Shown here one piece after another: positions 1 through 17,655 of a stretch of 64,000 nt of DNA (its first letter is position 1; each line of letters opens with the position of its first letter). The notes beneath the pieces were generated by a model. That model searched no databases. It was not told the origin of the DNA and saw nothing but the letters and a program-made list of their open reading frames with translations. The position numbers and the translations under genes are program-made. Location: the NCBI RefSeq assembly GCF_009914755.1, contig NC_060935.1; one strand, 5' to 3'. This stretch comes from the human T2T-CHM13v2.0 reference genome, Homo sapiens.

Positions 1-229
1 TTCCCACCCCACGTATTTCCCGCCTTAAGGAGTTTAAAAGGCAATCGTATAATCTAACTCTGGCTACCCGTTTGGGAACCCTTCCACGCTGTGGAAGCTT
101 TGTACTTTCACTCTGCTCAGTAAAGCCTACAACTTTTTCCTCTCTCTCGGTCTGTGTCTCCATCACTTGCTGTGGTCAGCAGCCGCACCAATTCTTTGGT
201 GTGCCTAGGCAAGGACCTTAGGCGTTATA
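1..229 (+). mobile_element. 3' part of an ERV LTR (probably class I; family unresolved), inserted into an Alu
   Basis: LTR-like R/U5 (ttccacgctgtggaagctttgtactttcactctg, AGTAAA signal, ...caaggaccttaggcgttata end) directly abuts the middle of an Alu right arm; runs off the window edge. Confidence 0.7.
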
Positions 230-322
230 CCAGGAGGTGGAGGTTGCAGTGAGATCGCGCCATTGCACTCCTGCCTGGGAAACAAGAGCGAAACTCCGCC
301 TCAAAAAAAAAAAAAAAAAAAA
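230..322 (+). mobile_element. Alu right-arm 3' end plus poly(A) (AluSq/Sp-like)
   Basis: ccaggaggtggaggttgcagtgag...aacaagagcgaaactccgcctc followed by A20. Confidence 0.95.
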
Positions 323-619
323 AGCTTTGAATGATACATATTGAGGCTCAGATTACCTGCCATTCATATCACCTGTTGTGCATTGTAACCAAAGCTGAAG
401 AACTGATACAGAAGTCATTTCAAGTTACCAATGCTTGTTGAATAGAACTACATTTTGAAATAAAAGGAAACCCAATTATTCTCTCTCTCTCTCTCTACTT
501 ATTTTAAAAGTGATACAATGCCTACACATAAGCATTCCAAGCAATTTTGATGTAGTAGAAAAGTTATAGTCTCAGCTGAGCTATTAAATAACTACCTGAA
601 CCAAGGCAAATTATTTAAC

Positions 620-696
620 ATCTATTAAAAAATAAATATTGCTCTGAATACTTGTTAAAAATGAGAAGGAAGATTCTATTTAAGACTATGTGATAG

Positions 697-746
<50 letters not shown>

Positions 747-1159
747 GAGATATTGAACTCCATTCCACCGGAAAAAAAGAAAAGAGAATTTTTAAATTCT
801 GGGATGAGTCAATGGAAAAGTCTTGGCAAATGTTAAGGGAGAAGCTTGGTCAATGTAATCAGGCCATCTATGTGTTTGCAAACTGTCCCTTCTGGAAGTT
901 ATGATCCTATAATCTCATAGAGACTGAGAGACAGGAGACCTATCTTTCTTGATGATTACAATTCAAGGGAATTATTACTAGGTCCTTGAGAAAGATGTTC
1001 CTGAGTTGTAGAAGACTGACATCTCAAAGGGTCAGAGAAAGAATTTACAATTGCAAATTTTCTAAAGTAAATACTCAAAGAAAAGAGAGGTCCGGAGCCT
1101 ATAGTCAGGAAGAAGCCTGTATAGTCAGGCCGAGGGTAATGTTAAGCCCTTCTTGGTCA
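620..1159 (-). mobile_element. ERV1 solo LTR, MER31/MER67-like, containing a (GA)n microsatellite
   Basis: Reverse complement starts tgaccaagaagggcttaacattaccctcggcctgac...aggcttcttcctgactatagg...ttactttagaaaatttgcaattgtaaattc; left boundary approximate. Confidence 0.65.
697..750. repeat. (GA)n microsatellite
   Basis: gagaga tract with occasional gaca interruptions. Confidence 0.95.
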
Positions 1160-1444
1160 CTATATTCCTTAGTATATTTACATAGAGAGTAAGAATAAAG
1201 TTAATTAGTTTACATATTTATTGAGACAATTGAGTAAAAAAATTATGAAATTTCTTAACAAATAGAAGTATCAATATAAATCTAATGGAGTTAATATCCT
1301 ATAACAATCAATATTATTATAATACAGAAGTAAGATGTGAATCAACAAAATTAGCTCTGTTCACCCGTATTTTCAACCCTCTTGGCTATCTTTAGAGTTT
1401 TGACATTTTACAAGCTATGGGAATGTGAGGAGAGGAACTACACT

Positions 1445-1838
1445 GGAAACAAAGATTGTCTTATTATGCAGATAAAGTCTCTCAGGTAGCAGCCCTCAGA
1501 AGACTGAGTGAAAAGTCTATCTGGGCATAAGCTCCTGGGCGTGGAGACCCTTAGTTTCCTCCCCTTCCCCTACAATAGGACTTAATCTTCTCTGGTTAAT
1601 GTTAACTCCAGGGAGCAGGGTTCATGACAATGGGATTCTTCCTGAGGAACTTCCCTCAGTCAGACAAGGGAAATTTCACAGACAGCCCCTCCCTGTGCTT
1701 CAGGAGAGAAAGAGAACGGAGAGACAGAGGAGTAGGGGAAGGTCAGAGAGATCTTGGTTCTGAGACTGCTTTTTCAGTTCTAAGTATTTAGTATGTCAAA
1801 GCTCCATACTTTGGGGTGTCATTTTCCAAGCCCACAAC
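1445..1838 (-). mobile_element. ERV1 LTR fragment, MER34/MER39-like
   Basis: Reverse complement begins gttgtgggcttggaaaatgacaccccaaagtatggagctttgacatactaaatacttagaact, resembling the MER34/39 5' end. Confidence 0.55.
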
Positions 1839-2317
1839 TGCCTGTTTTCTGTCCAAAATGATTTTACAGGCAAATTATTTTTTGCACATATTTAAGAACA
1901 AATAATTTACATGATATGTAAAAATGATGGAAAGCTTTTCAACTCATGTTATGACTCTGGCATAATCCTAAAAGTTAAATTTTAAAAAAAATTATAGCAG
2001 AAAATAAAAGAAAGGAACATATTACATATCTATGCTCCTTATATGTCTGTATATATGCACATAAGTCTAATACATATAATCTTAAATAACATAACTGAAA
2101 AGAAAAATGTATGAGGCTCAAGAAAGGTTCATTTCATAAATTCCAAATTGGAAAATATTTTATATAATTCACTGCATAGATATATCACAATAGAATAAAA
2201 CTTTATAAAAGATGCTTAAATATATATATATATATATAAAATAATACATGTATATTTAAATTAAAAGCCCTAACTAAACTAGGAACAATGGAGAATTTCT
2301 GAATATAATAAGTTTAA

Positions 2318-2530
2318 ATCTGGGTGGTTTGACTAGCTTCTCTGATTGAAGTCTCACAAGGTTAAATTCAAGGTGTCAACATGACTGGTTATTATCTGAA
2401 GAGTTTAGAAAAGATCCTGCTTCTAAACTTATTTAGATAATGAGCAACATTCAGTTCCTTGAGGTTGTAGGACTGAGATCCCTAGCCCCTTACTAGATGT
2501 CAACAAAGGGATGTTCTCTGCCCCTTGCTT
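2318..2530 (-). mobile_element. MaLR MLT1 LTR fragment
   Basis: gtctcacaaggttaaattcaaggtgtc...cagttccttgaggttgtaggactgag typical of MLT1. Confidence 0.6.
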
Positions 2531-2861
2531 CTGTGCAGGTATATTTTTATTATTAAAAGAACTCTTACACACAATAAACTAAAATGCATGCCCAATAGAA
2601 AAGTATTCACAAATTAAAAGCTTAAAAAAAAACTATAAATAGGAAAAACATCATAAGACTTATTAATAATAAGAAAGAAAAAACAGTATAATTTGTTTTT
2701 GTATCAATAAAAGACAATGTAAAAGATTGATTTGGCTGTATATTTCTTAGGTCTTAAAATTGTTCCTCACATTTGCTCCAGAAATGTTACCTCTAGTTAC
2801 TTATCCTAAGAAAATGGTTAAATATTGTAATTGCCCATATCCTAAGGAAATGATTAAATAT

Positions 2862-3580
2862 TGTAATTACCCACTGCCCAGAAAAGCCAAAGTACTGAGA
2901 ACAGCAGGTTTTTGCAATAGAGAGTTTAAAAAATGCAGAGCTGGCTAAGTGGAAGTACAGGAGTTCTTTTTCATTCAAATCATCCTCCCCAAAAGTTCAG
3001 AGGCTAGGGTGTTTTTAAGGATAGTTTGGAGGGCAAGGGAACTAGGAAATGACGAATGCTGATTGGTTGCATCCAGGATGAAACCACAGGAAGCTTATCT
3101 TATTGTGCTGAATCAGTTCGTGGGTGGGGCTGCAAGACCAGATGAGCCAGTTTATTGGTCTGGATGGTGCTAGCTGGGCCATCAGAATGCAGAGTCCGAA
3201 AAATACCTGGATCATCAATCTTAGGTTTTACAGTAGTGATGTTATCTATAGAAACAATTGGGTAAGTTGGGAGTCTTGTAGTTTGTGGCTGCATAACTCT
3301 TGAGGCATAATTTCTAAACTTGTAACTAATTTGTTCATTTCACAAAGGTGATCTGGTCCCCAAGAGGGAGGTTGTTTGGGGAAGGGGCTGTTATTATCTT
3401 TGTGTCAAAGTTAAACTATAGACTAAATTCCTCCCATAATTAGCTTGGCCTATACCCAGGAATGAACAAGGGCAGCTTGGGAGTTAGAAGCAAGGAGTTG
3501 GTTAGGTCAGATTTCTTACGGTTAAAATTTTCCTATGTCAGATTTTTCTCACTGTCATAATTTTTGCAAACACTGTTTGA
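2862..3580 (-). mobile_element. LTR8-family solo LTR (ERV1)
   Basis: gctgaatcagttcgtgggtggggctgcaagaccagatgagccagtttat...ccaggaatgaacaagggcagcttgg...ctgtcataatttttgcaaa match LTR8; flanked by atat/atac (near 4-bp TSD); sits within old L1M sequence. Confidence 0.85.
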
Positions 3581-5654
3581 ATACCACACAAAAATCTGTC
3601 TATAGTCATACTCTGCACAGCTTTTTTTTTTTTTAATAATAGCAAAACTTTGGTAGCATGAAATCATTCAACACTTCAAGGTTAAATAAATTTAATACAA
3701 CCATATATGTGGATGCCATTAAAAATGTAAACCTGGAAATACACTATTTAATAAATGAATTGTAAGTTTAAAAAGCAAACAATAAAGGATTGTGCAGAGT
3801 ATATTCCCATTTGGAGAAAACATATCTATATACTTGCATAGAAATATTATGGAAAAATATACATAAGCATAGTAACATTAATTGCATATGTGTTATAGGT
3901 AATTGGTGTTTGTGAAAATTTGTTTATTTTCTAAATCAACAGTGTGGACTCACTGTTAAATTGCAGTTCTGTCTACTAAAGTAGGAGCATTTTAAAGACA
4001 GCGTTTAGGTCTTACTCAAAAATCTCCTTGACAATCTACCTCTGACAGGTGCTTTGTAAATGTGCATTATAGAAGTGGGCACATCTATTGAAAACCTTCT
4101 TGTTACTCTTTTGAAATAAGAAAGATTAATCTTGCCTGATTCCTAGATACTCTGTCATCAAATTTTTTACCTTTTTTGGGGGGGGGGGGTGGGGATGGAG
4201 GGAAACAGTTCATCTCCTTAGGTGTGAAAAGGAAGACTTTTAGGCTACATCAAAGTAAAAATTCACAGGTACTCCTCTGTAGCATGCTAGGAAGAAATAA
4301 AATAGAAATATGTGACAACATTTGTTACTCTGCAGGGTTCTAGAAAGAGTGTTTGACCTAAATACTATGAAACTAAATTACATTAGAACACAAATTGATT
4401 TGATGCAGTGGAAAGATTTGGGGTTTACTTTGTTTGGAAAGAAGTTGGAATTTTACCATTTCTTCTTCAATTTTCAAGCAACTCTAAATAAGTGTTTTGG
4501 AATGAACCACATTCACCTTGCCACTCATTTAGCTTATTTTGTTTGAAAACATTTACATAGTAAAAAGCTGTTAATGACATCCTGATAACCCTGGAGCTAT
4601 GAGTAAAGAGATTGCTGCTTTGTGCTAAACGTACATTTTACCCTTTTACATCTTCTAAATATCTCTATTGCTAATGACTTTTTTCATCCTGAAATTCATA
4701 TTTCCTAAGCAACCTGAAAACATAAGATAGTCTTGGAGGGACAATTGCTATTAAAATTAGCTGTCTTTCCCAATCAGCAAACGAAGAGAATTTTGTTCAG
4801 GGGAAATCTTAGTTCTATTAAAGGAAATTGAACTGGAAGTTTTTATTGCCTGATGGAATATTGTCTTAAAGGTGATCTAAAGGACAGTTTATGCATCAAA
4901 CATTCTGTTTTTAGTCTGGTTTTCTTTTGCAGATGGTCTTTAAAGTGATAACATTTTTATGGATTTTGTGGTGGTGAGAAAAAAAGCAGAGAGAGGCTAA
5001 ATGCAAATATTACCTAAAATTTAGATGTAAAATTGACATGGAAACTTATGTTTCTAATGGTTCTAATGGTTCTAATATGTAGCAAAGCATGGTTAAATTT
5101 TCTTAAGTTTGGTCTGTTTATTTCCACTGCATTTTACTCCAATGTACATATTGGATAAAATACAATTTACAAAAAGGCTTTTTACACATAGTCCAGAAAT
5201 TGAAGGATGAGGTGTGTTTGCTTCAGAAACATCCTTTCCTGGCATCCATTAAGATGTGCTCACCAAGGTTAGGCCTTGCTACGTGCTAATGTCTCCTGCT
5301 GAGGCCTACAGCCCCTCTCTCCTCTCTGGTTGCTGTGTCTGTCACAAGGTTCCAGTCAGAAAGCAGAGTGTACTTTTCTCCTGTTCTGGCTTCCCCAGAT
5401 TTATGTGAGATTGTCTTAACCATCTTTTGCCATTTCTGAGTTTAAAATCAAGTAACGAGAAGGTTCAGGCCCCTTTTTCAGGTGCTCATAGCAATGACCA
5501 AATCTAAGCTTCTACCTGTGGAATGTTCCTAAGCTGTCTGCCCTGGGTTCTAGTGAGAAGAAAGTTTTCCTCATGGCGCAGTTTATAAAACACTCATGGT
5601 TCCTAAAGTAATCTGCAGAATATAGATAGCCCTCTATATATAGAGAGAGAGAGA

Positions 5655-6441
5655 ATAAATTCTGATTTTCTTATCTTTTTCTCTTGCCCAGATTCCTATC
5701 TAAGGGGTCTGGGGGAGCCACGCCCTACAAGCCATACATTCTCATCAGATGGATTCTATTTAATCCTATATATCGTGACTTATTTTCTGACATGACTCTG
5801 GCATAACAGAACAAGACAAGGAAGAAAATCAAAATATTTTACCCCCAAAAACATATTTTTGTCACATTTTGAAATGGTTCTGCAAGCTGTCCTTTGTGGG
5901 ATAAAATTCACATCTGTAAATAATCCCTATTAACATAGCTAGACCTTTTCCTTCCAGGCCCCTCCCAATCCTAAAGAGATTAACTAAAAGTCTAACACCT
6001 TTTAAAGATCTGAATAGGAAACATTTGTCATCTATTGTCTCTAAGGGCAGCCACTATAAGACTTCAAAGGAAATTCAGTCTCCACAATGTTTTATCTTAA
6101 TCTGAACATTTTCTTTCTATAATGCCCAGGTCTTTAGACAAACTCAACCAATCGTCAACCAGAAAATGTTTAAATTTACCTATAGCCTGAAGGCCCCCTT
6201 CTTCCCTGCCTCCCGCTTTGAGTTGCCCCGTCTTTCTGGACCAAACCAATGTATTTCTTAAATGTATTTGATTGACGTTTCATGCCTCCTTAAAATACAT
6301 AAAACAAAGCTTCACCCCGACCACCTTGGACACATGTTCTCAGGACCTCTTGAGGACTGTGTCATGGGCCATGGTCACTCATATTTGGCTCAGAACAAAT
6401 CTCTTTAAATATTTCACAGAGTTTGACTCTTTTTGTTGACA
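5655..6441 (+). mobile_element. MER4-family solo LTR (MER4E-like)
   Basis: ccaaaccaatgtatttctta...ccaccttggacacatgttctcaggac...ggtcactcatatttggctcagaa...gtttgactctttttgttgaca 3' end; 5' boundary approximate. Confidence 0.85.
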
Positions 6442-6485
6442 TACATACCAAATAACTTGCAGACTACTTTACTATTACAGACCTC

Positions 6486-6600
6486 ATATGTATATGTATA
6501 TATGTGTATACACATATGTATGTACATGTATTACATTATATACATTATATTACATACATATTTATGTACATGTATTACATTATATACAATTTTATTTACA
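6486..6600. repeat. (TA/TG/CA) low-complexity tract with an internal duplication
   Basis: tatgtacatgtattacattatataca occurs twice. Confidence 0.8.
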
Positions 6601-6845
6601 TACTAGATTCATAATTTTCCAATAATTTCACAAATATGAAATGTAAGATTTTTTTAAATGATTTTTCTCATAAGTCTCATTCCCATTTTCATGACTGTTA
6701 AGCTTTTAAATGCTATTTATATAAAACACTGTACTAGTTAGGTCATCTTACCCGAGATGCATTTAAAAGAGTGTGAACTGTGTTAATATATTTTCACCTC
6801 ATCTTTTCCTTCATATTTTAATTTACTTTACATATCTCTCTGCAC

Positions 6846-7922
6846 TGTCATCCAAAAGACCACCAGGATGGCTACACAGCAGAAAGGAGAGCTTTATTGG
6901 TAATATCAGTTTGCAAGCCAGGAAGAGAAAGTCTCCAGTATGAACCAAAGGTGCCCTCTCTTCGAAGAGGGAAAATGACAGTGTATTATTTCATTCTCAC
7001 GCACTGCTATAAAGAACTACCTGAGACTAGGCAATTTATGGAAAAAAAAAAGAGGTTTAATTGACTGTTCAATTCAATTCAACTGTTCAATTCACTGTTC
7101 CGTAGGCTGTACAGGAAGCATGGCTGGGAGGCCTCGGGGAACTTACAATCATGGCGGACGGAGAAGGGGAAGCAAACATGACTTACTATGGCACAGCAGG
7201 AGAAAAAGATGGTGAAGGAGGAAATGCTACACACTTTCAAACCACTAGCTCTCCTGAGAACTTTATCACAAGTACAGCAAGGGGGAAGCCCACCCTTATA
7301 ATTCAATCACCCCCCACCAGGCTCCTCCTTCAACACAAGGGATTACAATTCAACATGAGATTTCAGTAGGAACACAGAAACAGACCATATAAGACAGTTT
7401 GTGTTTTTTGCTACACAGGGCTGGTATTATCCAATCCAGCAGACTTTGGGGGAAAGCTATACATATTTATGATGGGAGCCAAACGCATGCACAATGGGTA
7501 AACATGTATGTAACATACACCCCATGTTCACTTTGGGGCAGGGTTTTAGCATTAAAATGAGGTAGAATTGGGCTCTTTACATGAATAGGTGAACTAAAGG
7601 ACACAAAGACAGTTTGTGCACAAACTCTACAAGCTGGCTGAAACTGGTTTAAGGTCTGCAATTGCTTATCAGGAAAGCATGTTTGCACGTCTGGTCCTCT
7701 GTCCAATCAGAGTTGTAGTGGTCTGGGTTGAGTCAGCCTGATAGCTTCTATTGTTAGGGAGTACAGCTTCTATTGTTAGGGAGTATTTTCTTATAGTCAT
7801 AGGAATGTAGAAATTTGCCCTGCCAGCAGGCCCAGAGCTCTCGACCTGTAGGTAATTTTTGTTTCCTTAACCTTAAGGCCTTAGTTGATAAAGGGGTGTT
7901 TATTTTGGTGTCTTAGATCACA
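6846..7922 (-). mobile_element. ERV1 solo LTR (MER49-like; subfamily uncertain), interrupted by an MST LTR
   Basis: TG...CA termini with perfect 4-bp TSD gcac (6842-6845, 7923-7926). Confidence 0.8.
6982..7392 (-). mobile_element. MSTA-like MaLR solo LTR nested in the ERV1 LTR
   Basis: tgtatt...ctgctataaagaactacctgagact...ggattacaattcaacatgagattt; perfect 5-bp TSD gacag (6977-6981, 7393-7397). Confidence 0.9.
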
Positions 7923-8206
7923 GCACTAATTCACATTAAATGTGGATTCAATCTTTTGTTCTTCATGAGCATTATAAATTAATGGATGGTCTTTATCTTC
8001 ATTGTTAATAAAACCTCTTGGTTGTTTAAAAATGTTTAAAAAATATATGTATTTTTAAGTTTTGTATAAAATCTTGATCAATGTGCATATGTTTTCTTTA
8101 AAAAATACACCTACATTCAAAAGCTTCACCCTAATGTTTCATAAAATTATATAATAGAAAACGCTTTTGGGGTTCAGATAATAATCAAGGCTCTACAAAA
8201 CTTGTT

Positions 8207-9032
8207 TTATTTATTCAACAAATATTAGTTGAGCACTTATTATATGCCATAACAGATTTAATATTTGGAATAAATATAATAAAAATACATATACCCAATT
8301 AAAAGATGATAAGAGCTGAGAGAAGAAAAGGTAAAGAAAGGTGATAACGACTTAATATAAGGGATTGGAAATATGTGCAATTTTAAATAAATTTGTCAGA
8401 GGAGACTTGTTGAAAAGTTGACATTTGAGAAACAACAATTACATAAAATATTTAGCCATGTAGCTATCTGGGGAAGAATATTTCAGGATGAAGGAACAGC
8501 CAAGACAAAGGCACTAAGGTGGCTTTTCTATTATGTTTAAGAATGACCAAGAAGGACAAAGCATAGTAAGTAAAGAAGAGTAGATGATTAAGAAAGGACA
8601 GGTGACATGGTGGTGATGGATCATACAGGACTTGTGGGCCATTACTTAGGCTTTTACACTGCATGAAATAGGGAGCTATTACAGAGTTTTGTACAAAGAA
8701 ACATGATTAGCCTTACATCTTAAAATAGTTACTTTGGCTCTCTGTTGATAATTATTTGGAATGGTATAGGAAGAGATGTCAAAGGGGAACACCAATTAGA
8801 ACACTATTGTAATAATTCACTGAGCAATGATGGTGACTTGGAACTTGGACAAGGATGGTGGTAAATCAATGGTGAAAAGCAGTCATACTGAATATATTCG
8901 GTTGTTCCTACTAGATTGGGTGTGGGATGAGAAAGCCAGAAGTAAAAGATCACTCCAAGATTTTTGGCCTAATCAAGTGGAAGGATCAAGTCATGAGTTC
9001 AGCTGTGAAAGGCTGTGAGTGGTACAGATTTT
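8207..9032 (-). mobile_element. L2 LINE 3' fragment
   Basis: atttattcaacaaatattagttgagcac terminus and L2a-like body; a short further piece at about 9179-9215. Confidence 0.75.
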
Positions 9033-9178
9033 TAGGACTGTCATATTTAACAAATAAAAATAGAAGACACTTTATAAATTTGAATATCAGATAATATGTG
9101 TAACATACTTGTACTTCAATAAATTTTTTTTTAAATTCATATTTAACTGGGTAATATGTATTTTATGTGACAAGCCTA
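9033..9178. mobile_element. MER53 hAT MITE (internally deleted, palindromic)
   Basis: taggactgtcatatttaacaaataaaaata...aaatttgaa ... ttcatatttaactggg...tgacaagccta. Confidence 0.75.
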
Positions 9179-9211
9179 AGTGAGGGGACAAAAAAGAGTC
9201 TGGGTTTAGAT

Positions 9212-9736
9212 ATGACTGACAGGAAGAATGGAACCAAGTTGGAAAACACTCTGCAGGATACTATGCAGGAGAACTTCCCCAATCTAGCAAGGCAGGCCAA
9301 CATTCAAATTCAGGAAATACAGAGAACGCCACAAAGATACTCCTCAAGGAGAGCAACTCCAAGACATATAATTGTCAGATTCACCAAAGTTGAAATGAAG
9401 GGAAAAATATTAAGGGCAGCCAGAGAGAAAGGTCGGGTTACCCACAAAGGGAAACCCATCAGACTAACAGCAGATCTCTTGGCAGAAACTCTACAAGCCA
9501 GAAGAGAGTGGGGGCCAATATTCAACATTTCTAAAGGAAAGAATTTTCAACCCAGAATTTCATATCCAGCCAAACCAAGCTTCATAAGTGAAGGAGAAAT
9601 AAAATCCTTTAAAGACAAGCAAATGCTGAGAGATTTTGTCACCACCAGGCCTGCCTTACAAGAGCTCCTGAAGGAAGCACTAAACATGGAAAGGAACAAC
9701 CGGTACCAGCCACTGCAAAAACACGCCAAATTGTAA
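9212..9736 (+). pseudogene. L1 ORF1p C-terminal half (most of the RRM plus CTD), reading frame still open
   Basis: NGTKLENTLQD..ENFPNLARQANIQIQEIQRTPQRYSSRRATPRHIIVRF..RPALQELLKEAL..QKHAKL. Confidence 0.93.
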
Positions 9737-9799
9737 AGACCACTGATGCTAGGAAGAAACTGCATCAACTAACGACAAAAATAACCAGCTAACATCATA

Positions 9800-14493
<4,694 letters not shown>

Positions 14494-14691
14494 ACAATGA
14501 GAACACTTGGACACAGGGTGGGGAACATCACACACTGGGGCTTGTCCTGGGGTCGGGGGAGGGGCAGAGATAGCATTAGGAGATATACCTAATGTAAATG
14601 ACAAGTTAATGGGTGTAGCACACCAACATGGCACATGTATACATATGTAACAAACCTGCACGTTGTGCACATGTACCCTGTAACTTATAAT

Positions 14692-14785
14692 ACTATATAT
14701 ATACATATATATACACATATATATATACACACATATATATACATATATATATACACACATATATATATATATACACATATACATA
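14692..14785. repeat. (TA)n/(CA)n compound microsatellite at the L1 3' end
   Basis: tatatatatacatatatatacacat tract where the poly(A) tail is expected. Confidence 0.95.
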
Positions 14786-16847
14786 TTTTTCATTGGTTTT
14801 CACAGCTTCTTCTGTTAGGTTTATTCTAAGGACACTGTCTTGTTTTTCAGGCACTGCTCTGAATTTGATTGGAAGGGCACAGTTTTAGGTTTCTCTCCTA
14901 TGTTATTCCAGTAAATGTAAAAATATTAAAGAACCTCATTCAAAACTTGTTGATAATGTACAGGCATACCTTGGAGATACTGTGGGTTCAGTTCTAGATC
15001 ACCACAAGAAAGTGAATATTGCAATAAAGTGAGTCACGTGAATTATTTGGTTTCCCAGTGCACTTAGAAGTTATGTTTGCTGTTAGACAATTAAGTGTGC
15101 AATAGCATTATGTTTTAAAAAAGTATAAAGTACACACCAAATATAAAATACTTTATTGTTAAATAAATACTATAATCTGGGCCTTCAACAAGTCATAATC
15201 TTTTTGCTGGTGGAGGGTCTTATCTCACTGTTGATGGATGCTGACTGATCAGTACAGTGGTTACTAAAGGTTGAGGTAGCTATGACAATTTCTTAAACTA
15301 AGACAGCAATGAAGTTTGCTATGTTGATGACTCTTCCTTTCCCAAAAGATTTCTCTGTAGCATTTGATGCTATTTGATAGCATTTTACCCACAGAGCCTT
15401 TTTTTCAAACTTTGACTCAATCCTCTCAAACCCTGCCACTACTTTTTCAACTAAGTTTACATAATATTCTAAAGCCTTGGTTGTCATTTCAACAATATTC
15501 GTAACATCTTTATCAGGAGTAGATTCCATCTCAAGAAACCACTTTCTCTGGTCATTCTGAAGAGGGAACTCTTCATCTATTCAGTTTTATCATGAGACTG
15601 CAAAAATTCAGTCAAATCTTCGGGTTTCTCTTTAGTTTTAGTTTTCTTGCTATTTTCACCATATCTGCAGTGACCGCCTCCAGTGAAATCTTAACTCTAA
15701 AATCATACACGAAGGTTGGAATCAACTTCTTCCAAACTCCTGTTAATGTTGATATTTTGACTTCCTCCCATTAGTCACAGATGTTCTGAAGGGCATCTAG
15801 AACAGTGAATTCTTCCAGAAGGTTTTCAATTTACTTTGCCCAGATCCATTAGAGGAATCACTATCGATGGCAGCTGTGGCCTTATGAAATGCATAACTTA
15901 AATAGGAAGATTTAAAGTCAAAATGACTCCTTGATTCATGAGTTGCAGAATGGATGTTGTTTTAGCAGTCATGAAAATAACATTAATCTCCATTTACGTT
16001 TCCATTAGAGCTCTTCAGTAACTAGGTGCAGTTTCCATGAGCAGTAGTATTTTGAAAGAAATTTTTTCTAAGCGCCAGTTCTCAACAGTGGGCTTAAAAT
16101 AGTAAACTATGCTGTAAACAGATGTGCTGTCATCCAAGCTTTGTCATTCCCCTTATAAAACACAGACAGAGGAGATTTACCATAATTTTTAAGGGACCTA
16201 CAATTTTCAGAATGGTGAATGAGTTTGGGCTGCAACTTAAGGTCACCAACTGTATTAGCGCATAACAAGAGAGTCAGACTCTTTGAAGCTTTGAAACCAG
16301 GCATTGACTTCTCTTCTCTACCTATGAAAGTCCTAGATGGCATCTTCTTCCAATAAAATGCTGTTTCATCTACATTGAAATTTTTTTTAAGTGTAGCCGT
16401 CTTCATCAATTGTCTTAGCTAGATCTTTTAGATAACTTTCTGCAGCTTCTACATTAGCACTTATTGCTTTACCTTGAATTTTTATGTCCTTAAATCTCTG
16501 TCCTTAAATCTCTGAATCAACCTCTGCTAGCTTCCAACTTCTCTTCTGCAGCTTCCTCACCTCTCACAGCCTTCATAAAATTGAAGAGTTGGGCCTTGCT
16601 CTAGATTAGGCTCTGGCTTAAGGGAATGTTGTGGCAGGTTTGATCCAGAACACTGGAACTTTCTCCTTATCAGCAATAAAGCTGTTTCACTTTCTTACCA
16701 TCCATGTGTTCATTGGAATAGCACTTTTAATTCCCTTCAAAAACTTTTCCTTTGCATTCACTACTTGGCTGTTTGGCACAAGAAATCTAGCTTTCAGTCT
16801 ATCACAGGTTTTAGCATGACTTCCTCGCCAAGCTTAATCATTTCTAG

Positions 16848-17156
<309 letters not shown>

Positions 17157-17348
17157 TAGCTTTTGACTTAAAATGATAGAACTGTGACTCTTCCTTTCAT
17201 GTGAACATTTAGAGGCCATTGTAGGGTTATTAATTGCCATAATTTCAATTTTGTTGTGTCTCAAGGAATAGGGAGGCCCTAAGAGAGGAAGAGAGATGGG
17301 GGAAGAGCTGGCTGGTGCAGTAGCAAGAAAACACCCCATATTTATTAA

Positions 17349-17655
<307 letters not shown>

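Noticed and set aside
2802-2873. 36-bp repeat as a CRISPR-like array
   Set aside because: Only two abutting units, no spacers, no cas genes, eukaryotic context.
4178-4203. G-rich run as a G-quadruplex regulatory element
   Set aside because: Isolated homopolymer-type tract with no promoter or CpG-island context.
1951-5806. 15-bp match atgactctggcataa at 1951-1965 and 5792-5806
   Set aside because: No extension into the flanks; a match of this length is plausible by chance in 64 kb of AT-rich DNA.
16107-16409. Domesticated Tigger transposase (TIGD-type gene)
   Set aside because: The frame is fragmented and interrupted by Alus; an ordinary decayed Tigger1.
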